Shown here: positions 34,065-43,461 of the stretch, piece by piece
How the letters are laid out: every line of letters begins with the position of its first letter
How positions within the stretch are numbered: position 1 is the first letter of the stretch
NCBI GenBank assembly: GCA_963790475.1
Contig: CAWBOS010000010.1
Location: forward strand, 1,504,001-1,568,000
Direction of reading: 5' to 3'
DNA length: 64,000 bases
Origin: an uncultured delta proteobacterium
GTDB lineage: Bacteria; Desulfobacterota; RBG-13-43-22
The notes under the pieces: model-generated
Seen by the model: only the letters and a program-made list of their open reading frames with translations
What the model was told of the DNA's origin: nothing
Databases searched by the model: none
Program-made: the position numbers and the translations under genes

Positions 34065-34586
34065 TCATTTTGCTTGGCAAGAGATGGAGACACCGGCGGC
34101 CCTGGCCTTGAACTCATCCAGGGCCAGCAAGGCCCTTTCCTGATCTTGGTTAAAGGTTGCCGTCTCTACCTGTGGCGACAGACCTGTGCCGCCGTTGACG
34201 ATCTGATCGGTCAGTTTGGCTTTTAGTTTGGTGAGCAGGTCCGATTTGTAAGGGGTGAAGCTGGACTGGATCACCTCGCCGGGTATGGCCATGTCTTCCA
34301 GGGTCAGGTCCGGAAAAATGGGGGCATCCGGGGATGCGGGATAAACCGGTGTAAAATTTCTCGGTTTGACCGGCCTGGTCCCGTTAATGCCGCCCAGGGA
34401 AGGGCCGGTGGTAGGCTGGACCTGGATGTTGCCATCCACATTGATGGTCGGCTCAAATTCCCTCAGAGCCTTGATAGCCCCGGAGGCCAGTTTATAGGGC
34501 GAAGAGGCGTTACTCCGGGCCCTCAGGAGCCCGGTGGTGACCAGGTTTCCGGTGTTTTGGCTGCCTTGAATATAGGGTACAGTCAT
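34065..34586 (-). CDS. Hypothetical protein, possibly a truncated phage protein
   Basis: 173-aa P/T/G-rich ORF, visibly more GC-rich than neighbours. Confidence 0.45.
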   Translation of the reverse strand: MTVPYIQGSQNTGNLVTTGLLRARSNASSPYKLASGAIKALREFEPTINVDGNIQVQPTTGPSLGGINGTRPVKPRNFTPVYPASPDAPIFPDLTLEDMAIPGEVIQSSFTPYKSDLLTKLKAKLTDQIVNGGTGLSPQVETATFNQDQERALLALDEFKARAAGVSISCQAK

Positions 34587-34874
34587 TTAAAACCTTCTTT
34601 TGCCTGTTCGGCGATTAATTATCGACAAGAAACTGTAGACACTCGATTTTCTGGGAAAGAACTGAGTCAAAACTATCAGAACAAATCTGATTTTCATGGA
34701 AACGTAAAGTCTTAAAAAAAAGCTTATCGCGGAGACCACGCCGGTCTTTCCGCTATTTGCTTAGAAGGCCCTGGATTATTTTTACCGCGCGGCTATTTAG
34801 TAAAATTTTCTTCATTCAACATTTCCATGATTTCCAAATCTACTTTTTTTTCACGATTCATTGAAGAGCCCTTT

Positions 34875-35132
34875 TTAATTTGTTTTAGGAGATCTCAAAA
34901 TTATTTCAATTTTCTGGTTGTGTTCCATCTCTCTTGGGAAAACATCATCGATCGAAGCATTAAGGGCTTTGGAAATTCGTTCTTTCTCGTAACTGTGGGG
35001 ATTTTTAAGCCCCCTCTCGACCAGATAGATAAGTTGAGCCGGAATCTTGCTGAGGAGTTGAAGATCGTAGCCAGACAAGTTTTTTTTAATCCGAATCTCG
35101 CGAAGTCAATTTCTTTTTCTGATTAATGCCAT
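34875..35132 (-). pseudogene. XRE-family HTH protein with premature TGA at codon 9
   Basis: MALIRKRN*LREIRIKKNLSGYDL...IYLVERG...ISKALNASIDDVFP; RBS AGGAG upstream. Confidence 0.75.
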
Positions 35133-35169
35133 TTGATTTCTCCTGTTTCCTTTGAATAAAATTTTAAAC

Positions 35170-35292
35170 GTTATTGTTTATAAAAGAAATTAATCCAGCC
35201 CATAACTTGAGGATAGAAGTAATGGGTTCTTCGAATCCTTTGCCACCCCTGCGCCCCCCGTAAAGGGGAAGTCTGATTCTGTATATTTTTGC
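35170..35292. repeat. ~120-bp intergenic repeat, copy 1
   Basis: ATCCAGCCCATAACTTG.GGAT.GAAGTAATGGGTT...AATCCTTTGC...GTATATTTT also at 38505-38625. Confidence 0.8.
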
Positions 35293-35643
35293 ACGGTCCT
35301 TGAATGCCAATCGTAATTGACACCATCCCCAATCTGGAAGATTTTTCGATATCCCCTATTCCTAAAATAGCGATCTTTATGCATCGGGCTTTTTATTTGG
35401 CCTTCATTGTGGGTTTCATAATTTGTTCAATTTGATAATTATAATAAAATGTGATAGTTATAATCAATCCCCTGTGGGCTTCATCGTGGGGTTCATCGAG
35501 ATTTGATATTACTTGATGAACCCGGTTCTATATGGTCTTCATCATTGGATTCGCTATGGTATTCATATCTTTTTTAATTGTTAAATATTTAATGATTTGT
35601 TATAATCACTATACATCCTTCATTGTGGTGCTCATTGTTAGCT

Positions 35644-35865
35644 TTATTTAGCCATCCTTGAAAGCCGATGAAAATACCTTACCGCCCTCAAAAAATCACA
35701 TAAGATCTCTGACGCCCAAACTTTTGTTTGCAAGTGTTCCACCCAATCATTAATCTCTGATTGGGTCCGACATTCGTCAAGATCAACCTCGTTCCCGCCC
35801 ATAACATCAAAAACAAGAACCAGACGATCCAAATCTATCGCAACCTTTCCCATCACTATTTCCAT
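35644..35865 (-). CDS. Small hypothetical phage-like protein
   Basis: 73-aa ORF with AAGGA RBS, co-oriented with element genes. Confidence 0.55.
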   Translation of the reverse strand: MEIVMGKVAIDLDRLVLVFDVMGGNEVDLDECRTQSEINDWVEHLQTKVWASEILCDFLRAVRYFHRLSRMAK

Positions 35866-35957
35866 TTCATTATTCCTTTCATAATTTTTTTACCCACCCT
35901 ACCCTTCCCCGGGGGCTCGGTCCCAGGGCACGCCGATAAATTTTTATCCTCTTATCT

Positions 35958-36170
35958 CGTTCACCATTCACCCCCTATAGGGGGGGTGGGTGAATGAACG
36001 GAACCCGTTCACTATGGGGTTCACTCTTACTGATCCTGAATGTTTAAAAATTCCATATAGTTAAAAATTCCTATTCACTTCCATTCACCACCTGTTCATT
36101 ATTTCCCAAAAGTGTCCCGTTCACCGTTTCGTTCACCACTTTTAAGCTGCTTTACAGATATATTTTTCAC
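35958..36170. repeat. Iteron-like TTCAC array; putative replication origin
   Basis: About nine TTCAC copies plus inverted copies and a long hairpin immediately downstream of the primase-helicase gene. Confidence 0.7.
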
Positions 36171-37972
36171 CCATGAACGATCTGAAATCCGCTCGGTGTC
36201 AGCTTGCCGAGCGGACTCAAAAGACCGGCTTTGATGGCGTCCTTTTTGATCTTGGTAATATAGCTCTTGGCAACCCCGACCTGTTCTTTGATCCCATCAT
36301 ATGAAATGCCCTCATCGAGGAGGCGCAGGATTTCCAACCGGGTCTGCTTTTTAACGTTACCCCAAGACCAGATCATTCCGCCGGTCGGGTCTTCAATTAA
36401 CTGGAATTGACAATCTTGAATTAAAGGGAGGTCTTTTGTATTCACCCGGGCCTTTGAGAACGATACGATAAATTTCGCTCCGTCCTCTGCGGTATAATCA
36501 AATGGTTTTTTAAGAACTATCGAATAATCCAGATTGTCTTCTCGGGCACTGGTTCCCCTTTGTTCACCACTTTTGCCTGTGTGGTGAAGCATCAACGTTG
36601 ATATTCCAGCAAAGCGCAGGTCCAGCAGCCAAGCATTTATGGGGCTCCATTCCTTCGCTGAATTTTCATCAATTCCACCGGTCAGGGAAACCAGGTTGTC
36701 GATAATGAACAGCTTAATGTGCCTGGTCAAAAGCAGCCTTTTGACCGTACCCCGCCAGGTCTCGTTTAACAGATTAGCCCGTTGTAGCCCGGCCGCACTC
36801 GCCATGGCGTCGGAGTAGACGTAGAGAGGGGCTTTCCGGATGTTATTTGGATTGAGAGAAACAATCCGTTCTTGAGTATCAGTGGTGCTCATTTCACCAT
36901 CCAGGACCAAGGTTGAAACGGCCTCAGTCTGCCATGGTCCGAATGACTCATTACGTGTGATGGCATCAGCTATTGAATCCGCGAACCAAGTCTTACCGGT
37001 CCCCCGGGGTGCTGTTAATAAGCCGGTGCTATTTTCCTGCAACCAGGGACTAACAATTTTTCTTCGTTCAGGCAATTCAACCCGAATGAAGTCTCCGGCC
37101 TCCATGACGATATCGTCCAGGGTCTTTTTATGAGGCGGTTCATATTTTTGGGCCCTCTCGATCATTAAGGCCAGTTGGTCCCTTGCTAATTTTGAATTCC
37201 CGACTTTCACAATCCAGTCGGACATATCCCCCTTGCTTGGAAGATCCGGGAGGTCCAGCCATTTCAGTGAAGCCGCAATACCTCTTAAAGAGGCCCCAAT
37301 TTTAACCATACTTTCGCGGCCCACTCCATCGTTGTCAGGAACGAGGACAACTCGTTTTCCTTTTAAGGATGAGCTATATTCGGCCCGCCATTTCCCAGCC
37401 CCCATGGGAGAAGTCGTTGCGACAAAACCCAGGGCCTTAAGATTTTCAACATCCTTTTCGCCTTCAACAATAATGACTTCTTCCGCTGATGTAATTGCTG
37501 GCAAATCATACAAAACCGGTTCGATGCCTTTCAGGTTCCAAATCCAACCACCGTTTCCATTCGGGCGCCGCTGAGAAAAGCCTTTGGGCTCGAAACGGGC
37601 GACCTGAAAGACAAGATTTCCTTTTGCGTCGACATAATCGTAAGTTTTAACGATCCGACGCTTTTGCTCCTCATGGGATATTTCGAAATCATTGGAAATC
37701 CCACGGAGTATTTTTCCAAAATCAGTTTTGGTCTCCAGGCCATTGATCTTCCCGTAAAAATGAATGATATCGCCCTTTTTCCCGCATCCATGACAAAAAT
37801 ATTGTCCGTTTTGGTTATTAAAATTGAAAGAAGGGTCTGAGTCCGCGTGGAAAGGACAAAGGGCCAAAAATTCATCGCCGCCGATTTGCTTGACTTTTTG
37901 AAGATATTTCGAATAAAAAGTCTGATAATTTCCCTTGAAATAATTCTGTATCGCTTCCTTAGTGGTATCCAT
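36167..37972 (-). CDS. Primase-helicase (CHC2 zinc finger + TOPRIM + RepA/AAA_25-type helicase)
   Basis: CPFH...CHGC, IVEGEKD, PDND, APRGTGKT, IIDNL, LHHTGK motifs. Confidence 0.92.
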   Translation of the reverse strand: MDTTKEAIQNYFKGNYQTFYSKYLQKVKQIGGDEFLALCPFHADSDPSFNFNNQNGQYFCHGCGKKGDIIHFYGKINGLETKTDFGKILRGISNDFEISHEEQKRRIVKTYDYVDAKGNLVFQVARFEPKGFSQRRPNGNGGWIWNLKGIEPVLYDLPAITSAEEVIIVEGEKDVENLKALGFVATTSPMGAGKWRAEYSSSLKGKRVVLVPDNDGVGRESMVKIGASLRGIAASLKWLDLPDLPSKGDMSDWIVKVGNSKLARDQLALMIERAQKYEPPHKKTLDDIVMEAGDFIRVELPERRKIVSPWLQENSTGLLTAPRGTGKTWFADSIADAITRNESFGPWQTEAVSTLVLDGEMSTTDTQERIVSLNPNNIRKAPLYVYSDAMASAAGLQRANLLNETWRGTVKRLLLTRHIKLFIIDNLVSLTGGIDENSAKEWSPINAWLLDLRFAGISTLMLHHTGKSGEQRGTSAREDNLDYSIVLKKPFDYTAEDGAKFIVSFSKARVNTKDLPLIQDCQFQLIEDPTGGMIWSWGNVKKQTRLEILRLLDEGISYDGIKEQVGVAKSYITKIKKDAIKAGLLSPLGKLTPSGFQIVHG

Positions 37973-38105
37973 TCCGAGCCTCAAAAATTATTTTTTAAAT
38001 TGGCCGATAAACGATCAGAAGGACGAACATCACCCCCCGAATCAAGCTGAGGACATCCGCTTACCATAAGCTCACCGGGGTTGCCGTGGGCATCCCGTGA
38101 TGGTT

Positions 38106-38405
38106 TTATTTTTCGAATTTCCGAAAAAATCTCTTGGTCCATGATTGTGGGGAGACAACCCTTGGTCTTTGACCTTCAACCAATTGCCGAAAATACATAT
38201 TCATCCCACGAAGAACCTCATCGATAATGGGTCGAAAAACCTCTTGAATGTCATAGTCATAGTAAGTAGGAAGTTCAGCATCCTCAATTTGACAGGTGAC
38301 TAAGCCAGAATCGCCCTTTGTCACCCTTACCTGGACGTTGAAAAAAACTGATCCCATTTTTTCTGTCTTAGGGCCCTGGTCGAACAATCCCAAAGTTTCT
38401 TTCAT
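38106..38405 (-). CDS. Hypothetical protein
   Basis: 99-aa ORF co-oriented upstream of the primase. Confidence 0.55.
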   Translation of the reverse strand: MKETLGLFDQGPKTEKMGSVFFNVQVRVTKGDSGLVTCQIEDAELPTYYDYDIQEVFRPIIDEVLRGMNMYFRQLVEGQRPRVVSPQSWTKRFFRKFEK

Positions 38406-38504
38406 CTTGGTATCCCTGCTTTCTCTTTTTTCTTACGTGTCGACCATTCGGGTTAAAGGCCCTCAACCAGGACCTCACAGCCATCTGATGTTTTCCTTAT
38501 AGCA

Positions 38505-38625
38505 GTTGTTGTTTATAAAAAAGATTGATCCAGCCCATAACTTGGGGATGGAAGTAATGGGTTGACAAATCCTTTGCTGGCCAGTCCCTCCCTTTAACGG
38601 GTGATTCAATTCTCGTATATTTTGC
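38505..38625. repeat. ~120-bp intergenic repeat, copy 2
   Basis: Matches 35170-35292. Confidence 0.8.
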
Positions 38626-38781
38626 TAAAAACAGGAAAATGCTGGAAGGATGCCCTTAAGGTTATCGCTGGCCGGTTTTCAACCTTATACCCGGCCTGAA
38701 ATAACTCAGGGTTTCATGGAAAGGATGGTTTGAGGCCTTAAACTCTGGGGTAGGTAGGAATTTGGGGGGAATTAAAAAGAA

Positions 38782-40434
38782 CTATGACGGTAGTGTGATT
38801 TTATTGAGGAGATTTTGGAGTCCTTTTGGATTACGGCTTATTCTTTTTCCAATGATCTGTAAGGAAATTTTTCCGGGTGTCATTGAAAACTCTTTTGAGT
38901 AAAAAGAGCATTCTTTACATTTTGGGTCCTCACCAGGCGAGCATTGCTCTTTTCTGATTTTCAGTTTGAGTATATTACAATAAATTATCTTTGATTTATC
39001 CCCTTTTTCAAATAAAGTGCTTGCTAAAATCGAGAGTTCATCTTTCCTTAACACTTCCAGGATTTTTGGAAATGCCACCTTAATTTCTTCTGCAGCATCT
39101 TTGTCTTCTAAGCTTACATACTCGAATTCGCGCCTAATATCATTAATGATGTCCAGGAGTTCCTTATGGTTATATTTTAACAGGACAATTTGGTAAGGCA
39201 TTATAATAGAGCGTCCCCGGGTGCCTCCTTGGGTTTTCGGAAAAAATTCATGCAATTTATCGAGTACAGACTTATCCAATTCCGGCCAGCTTTTTCTTTC
39301 TAAAACTTGGGCTCGGGCCTTATATACGCAATCTATCCACTGTTTCTCTATTGTGTCAGACATTATTGGTGAAAGAACACGCCGTTTTTTTAGATCCTGT
39401 TTCAATAATTGACGAAAATCGTCATCAGTCCAATTCTTCACCTTAAAATCCATTTCCTCAAAAGCCCCGCGGATGGCAGTGATGATTTCTTTCAAAATTT
39501 TCGAGATCTGCAATTTTTTGTCCTTCTCAGCCTCCTCGGCCATCTGTATAATCAATTTTTCTATAACCAGCATCTTCTCTTTAGGCTTATTCAAGTCCAA
39601 CCCATAACCCTTGGCGATGTCTCCTATCTTCTCGGGGCCGTAAGCCGTAGAGATCCGATTCATCACCTGTTTGAATCCATCTCTCAAAAGCCCGTGGACT
39701 CCCAAAAGTCCAATCAGTTCATAACCTGTGGTTTTTTGAATATCGGTTATGCAATCGGCTACCAAGTAAATAGTATTGGTCTCAGGGTCAATGGCCCCTT
39801 CGTATTGACCTTTTTCCGAAATATCAACCGAAAGATGCTTGGGAAGATCACTTATGCGGGCTACCACTGTAATTTTAATATTCGGAATCATCTGAACAAT
39901 TTTGGAGCAAATACGATCAAGAATCGTCCTCATCAGACCGATGTTCATGTTCAAATCACCTGCCCCATAAGAATCAAATATTTTCATTACCTCAATAATT
40001 TTTTCTTCCGGACAGGCTAAATCTTTTAACTCTCCCTTGTTCCATCTATAGAGAAATGGATACTTCCTTCGTATTTCTCCTATTACAGATAAGTCCGGCG
40101 GTTGCTTATGGGAATCAATATCCTCTTTCCCTCTAAAAAGAAAAGGGAGCCTCCTTTTCATTTCTTCTATTTCAGATAAATTCAGAGGCTGCCCATTGAG
40201 ATCGGTATCCACTTCACCCACAAGCTTCCCTGTGGGAGCCTCTATATGCCATTTTTTACGACATATTTTTATATGTTCATCGCGGAGAAATTCATTTTCA
40301 AATGTCTGAAGGCAAAGTGGGCATGATTGAGACTCTTCGGGTTCGGGAGGTTCTGCTGGAGAAGCTTTCGTGAGGGGAATAGTTTTCTGTTGCTTTTTAG
40401 TCTTTCGGGTTAAAGTCTGTGATTTATCCTTCAA
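38782..40434 (-). CDS. Hypothetical multidomain protein (zinc-finger-like N-terminus, degenerate metallopeptidase-like core)
   Basis: 550-aa ORF, GGAGG RBS before TTG; CPLC-x12-H-x3-C; EGAIDPETNTIYLVADCI...YELIGLLGVHGLL. Confidence 0.7.
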   Translation of the reverse strand: MKDKSQTLTRKTKKQQKTIPLTKASPAEPPEPEESQSCPLCLQTFENEFLRDEHIKICRKKWHIEAPTGKLVGEVDTDLNGQPLNLSEIEEMKRRLPFLFRGKEDIDSHKQPPDLSVIGEIRRKYPFLYRWNKGELKDLACPEEKIIEVMKIFDSYGAGDLNMNIGLMRTILDRICSKIVQMIPNIKITVVARISDLPKHLSVDISEKGQYEGAIDPETNTIYLVADCITDIQKTTGYELIGLLGVHGLLRDGFKQVMNRISTAYGPEKIGDIAKGYGLDLNKPKEKMLVIEKLIIQMAEEAEKDKKLQISKILKEIITAIRGAFEEMDFKVKNWTDDDFRQLLKQDLKKRRVLSPIMSDTIEKQWIDCVYKARAQVLERKSWPELDKSVLDKLHEFFPKTQGGTRGRSIIMPYQIVLLKYNHKELLDIINDIRREFEYVSLEDKDAAEEIKVAFPKILEVLRKDELSILASTLFEKGDKSKIIYCNILKLKIRKEQCSPGEDPKCKECSFYSKEFSMTPGKISLQIIGKRISRNPKGLQNLLNKITLPS

Positions 40435-40604
40435 TTCCGCCTCCTGTGGGCACTCCTGGAAGTTTCCAGAGGAAGGCCGGCCAGGATTTCCGGCCGTGTC
40501 GATCCTGATGATCAGTCAGGATCTATCCCCTGGAAATTAAAAATAAAAAAATAGCTCTCTTGAAACTCCATTGTGCTTTCTTCTCTCGTCTCCCGAGACA
40601 TCAT

Positions 40605-40785
40605 GCCTATTCCGAAAATTCCGGCCAGGGGGTCGGAGCGAAGCGACGCCGGGTGAAGCATTATACAATGTAGTGGGCCACCTAAGTCAAGGGAGACGTG
40701 TTTTTGGTAGTGGGTCAGTTTGAAGTAATCAAACTGACCCACTACCGTGTTTTTGGCATGGAATCTCCTTTGAGGGTTATTTTAT
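40605..40785. repeat. Dispersed ~125-bp repeat, copy 2 (interrupted by a 41-bp insertion)
   Basis: Matches 28394-28520 apart from the insertion. Confidence 0.85.
40706..40746. mobile_element. 41-bp minimal MITE-like insertion
   Basis: Perfect 18-bp inverted repeats GGTAGTGGGTCAGTTTGA around AGTAA, flanked by the 8-bp direct repeat GTGTTTTT. Confidence 0.85.
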
Positions 40786-40847
40786 CCTGAAAACCATTTT
40801 TCAGCTAAAAAAGGCTGTAAATATAGGCGGAATACGTATTTTTAGGA

Positions 40848-40892
40848 CCTCTCACGCCGGTAACACGGGTTTGAACCACATTGGGACCACCA
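40848..40892 (+). other. Degenerate 3' half of a tRNA-Glu(CTC)-like gene (att scar)
   Basis: CCTCTCACGCCGGTAACACGGGTTTGAACC...GGGACCACCA; no 5' half. Confidence 0.6.
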
Positions 40893-41007
40893 ATATTTTC
40901 AGTAGCTTATAGTTAAAAAGACGTTACCAAACTGCTACCAACAATATTTCGCTACCCTTGAAAAAATCTCCTTCCTCGTCTTATAAGGAAACGACTTATA
41001 CTGCAAA

Positions 41008-41040
41008 ACTCTTAATCAGTAGGTCGGTAATTCGATCTCT
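41008..41040 (+). other. Degenerate fragment of a tRNA-Lys(CTT)-like gene (att scar)
   Basis: ACTCTTAATCAGTAGGTC...TTCGATC. Confidence 0.5.
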
Positions 41041-41048
41041 TTGGGGAG

Positions 41049-41098
41049 ACAGATTCCTAATCTGTAGGCCGTGAGTTCAAGTCTCGCCGGGGGCACCA
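41049..41098 (+). other. 3' half of tRNA-Arg(CCT) (att site)
   Basis: Anticodon arm ACAGA-TTCCTAA-TCTGT, T arm GTGAG-TTCAAGT-CTCGC, ends GCACCA; no D arm or 5' acceptor strand. Confidence 0.8.
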
Positions 41099-42589
41099 TT
41101 TAAATAAGTATAAAATAAAAGGACTTATGCCACAAACAAGCTTTAAATCCTTTTCTTTTTTTCCCAGTGTATCGTCTTTACTTCTATTTTGTCCCCACCC
41201 TGTCCCCACTATTTAAAAGACGGTAGCCACTCCCCATTCCCCTCAGACTCGTAAACAAAAGGCCGCGTTGATTCCTAACCAGCCCCTTTCATGAAGCCAC
41301 TGGCTTACTGTGCATCCCATGGCGAGACACTGTTGAATGGAATCCCGAGTTGTCCGGGTATTTAACTCCTATTTCTTATAGGTCGCTGGTAGGTCATCAA
41401 CCTCCCGGCCAACATTTCCATCCCTTTCCGCTTATCGTTCTTCCGGGATATCGTGACAATCGTTACACCAGATCTTCGTTAATCCGTGACACGGTATACG
41501 AGTTTTAATTTAAACCAGGCAAGCTGATCGATAATGAAGAACTTCCCTCTGTGTGGTCCATAACAAAGCCCCGTAAAGCCTTCTGTGGGACGGTCTGTCC
41601 GAGGCATGAGTCTTTGTATGTCCCGGAAAATTGCCCTACATAAACGCTCCTGGTGAGCCCGAGAAGGTCATACAATCATCAGCTCAATGGACCCCCCGGA
41701 ATCCATCAAGATCATCGTTATTGATTATCTGGAAGTCAGCCGCCGCTATGTATCCGGCCCCTAAGCCAGGGGGGGTATACCCATCAGTCCTATGGGCATT
41801 GGCCTAAAGGCCCTTCTGTCCACATATATCGGCATGTATGAATCGACCTTCTAAAATTTTTCGGGAGTATCCAGTCCAATTCTGTGAGATTCGAGTCCCA
41901 AAATTTTCCCGGGGAAATTAATCGATTTCTACCATATCCGAGTCTAAAAATTTTTCGGGTAGTTTTTATAGTTTTGGGTAAAAAAACTGTATACAGTGTC
42001 CCGTTAACTGGGAACCGGACTTAGAAAAATATCCTGGGGGATTGGTGTTGTTCCGGGGTTGTTTAAAGAACACTTCAAAATATTGGGGTGGGTTCGTGTT
42101 GCCAATAAAGCTGATGGGAGTACCACCCATCAATTTCTTTCGCAATCGAAGTGCTGTATATGACAATCTAATAATTTTCCGGAATGGTTTGATGGTATCC
42201 TGCGTTTTCTGATTTTAAAGGGGACACTGGGTGGTATGGAAGATGTTTTTGAGATAACAGTTTCGCTTAAATTGGTTTGAAGCGGAAAAGGAAAATCATG
42301 TTGTCGAAATACTGAAATATTTCAGGATGGGAATGTTTCCCTTAAAACAAATATCGGTTATAAGTTTCTTACTGATACCCTTTGTATGTGATATAATACG
42401 AATTTAAAGGTTACAAAAGGTTAATCTTTGATTATTAGTTAACTAAGTTGTATTAAAATATTAACTATTTATATACTCATATTTTATTATGAATGATCTA
42501 TAACTCTTTTAAATATATACAAGAATTCAATTTTTTATATTAATTATTGGAAGGATAGCTATTATATTTTTTAATTTTAGGGGGGGCCT

Positions 42590-43378
42590 ATGGGAACTTG
42601 TTTCGTCATACAACCATTCGATAAGGGGGTTTATGATAAAAGATATGAGGACGTATTTGCCCCAGCAATAGCTTCTGCTGGACTAAAGCCGTACCGGGTA
42701 GATCGTGACCCAGCAGCAAGTATACCAATTGAAGAAATTCAATCCGGAATACGAAACGCAGAATTATGTCTTGCTGAAATAAGTACAGACAATCCTAACG
42801 TTTGGTTTGAACTCGGGTACTCAATTGCAAGTTCCAAAGAAGTTGTATTAATTTGCTCCTCAGACCGTAAGACAAAATTCCCTTTTGACGTTCAGCATAG
42901 GAATATTACAATATACAAGTCAGAATCAACAAGGGATTTTGATGAATTAAAAAATAATATCACTAAGAGGATAAAAGCAATCTTAGCCAAGGAGGAAACT
43001 CTTGGCCGGATGTCCAATATGCCCTCTATTGCGGAAACCGAAGGTCTGGGACACCACGAGATTGTTGCCTTGGTGACTATTGCAGAGAATATTGACTCGC
43101 CTTCAGATAAGGTTTCGGCTTACACGATCAAAGAAGATATGGATAGAGCTGGTTTTACAAAAATCGCGGTCACTTTGGCTCTCAGCACACTGTTACGAAA
43201 GGACTTGATTGAGGATCAAATGGATTCAGACAGGAACGGCAATGAATTCTTTGTTTATTCCCTATCCGGAAAAGGAATTGAGTGGCTTCTCCAGAATCAA
43301 GACAGGCTGGTACTTAAGAAAGAAAAAGGTGAAGCTGATATTCCATCGCAAAATCCGGATGAAGATATACCATTCTGA
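42590..43378 (+). CDS. Nucleoside 2-deoxyribosyltransferase/TIR-like domain protein with C-terminal wHTH-like region
   Basis: CFVIQPF, YRVD, AEISTDNPNVWFELGY motifs. Confidence 0.78.
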   Translation: MGTCFVIQPFDKGVYDKRYEDVFAPAIASAGLKPYRVDRDPAASIPIEEIQSGIRNAELCLAEISTDNPNVWFELGYSIASSKEVVLICSSDRKTKFPFDVQHRNITIYKSESTRDFDELKNNITKRIKAILAKEETLGRMSNMPSIAETEGLGHHEIVALVTIAENIDSPSDKVSAYTIKEDMDRAGFTKIAVTLALSTLLRKDLIEDQMDSDRNGNEFFVYSLSGKGIEWLLQNQDRLVLKKEKGEADIPSQNPDEDIPF

Positions 43379-43384
43379 TCTTTC

Positions 43385-43450
43385 GCACACCAATCGGTTT
43401 CAAGGGACTACTTCAAAGTTGCGGATTCTGAACGGCATCCTTCGTTATCA
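43385..43450 (+). other. Degenerate attC-like site
   Basis: Directly after the stop: CAATCGGTTTCAAGGGAC...CTGAAC...CGTTAT, then the RBS of the next gene. Confidence 0.4.
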
Positions 43451-43461
43451 AAGGAGAACTT

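Larger units (their letters stand above)
32247..40434 (-). mobile_element. Phage-satellite-like integrative element at tRNA-Ala (right boundary uncertain)
   Basis: Integrase abutting the tRNA 3' end, XRE, excisionase, iteron arrays, primase-helicase, all on the minus strand; no attR seen. Confidence 0.75.

Noticed and set aside
35106-35108. Selenocysteine readthrough of the TGA
   Set aside because: The position corresponds to a basic residue in an HTH protein, not Cys; no SECIS-like hairpin noticed.
40848-41098. Functional or split tRNA genes
   Set aside because: No 5' halves nearby and two fragments have broken T arms; att scars are the simpler explanation.
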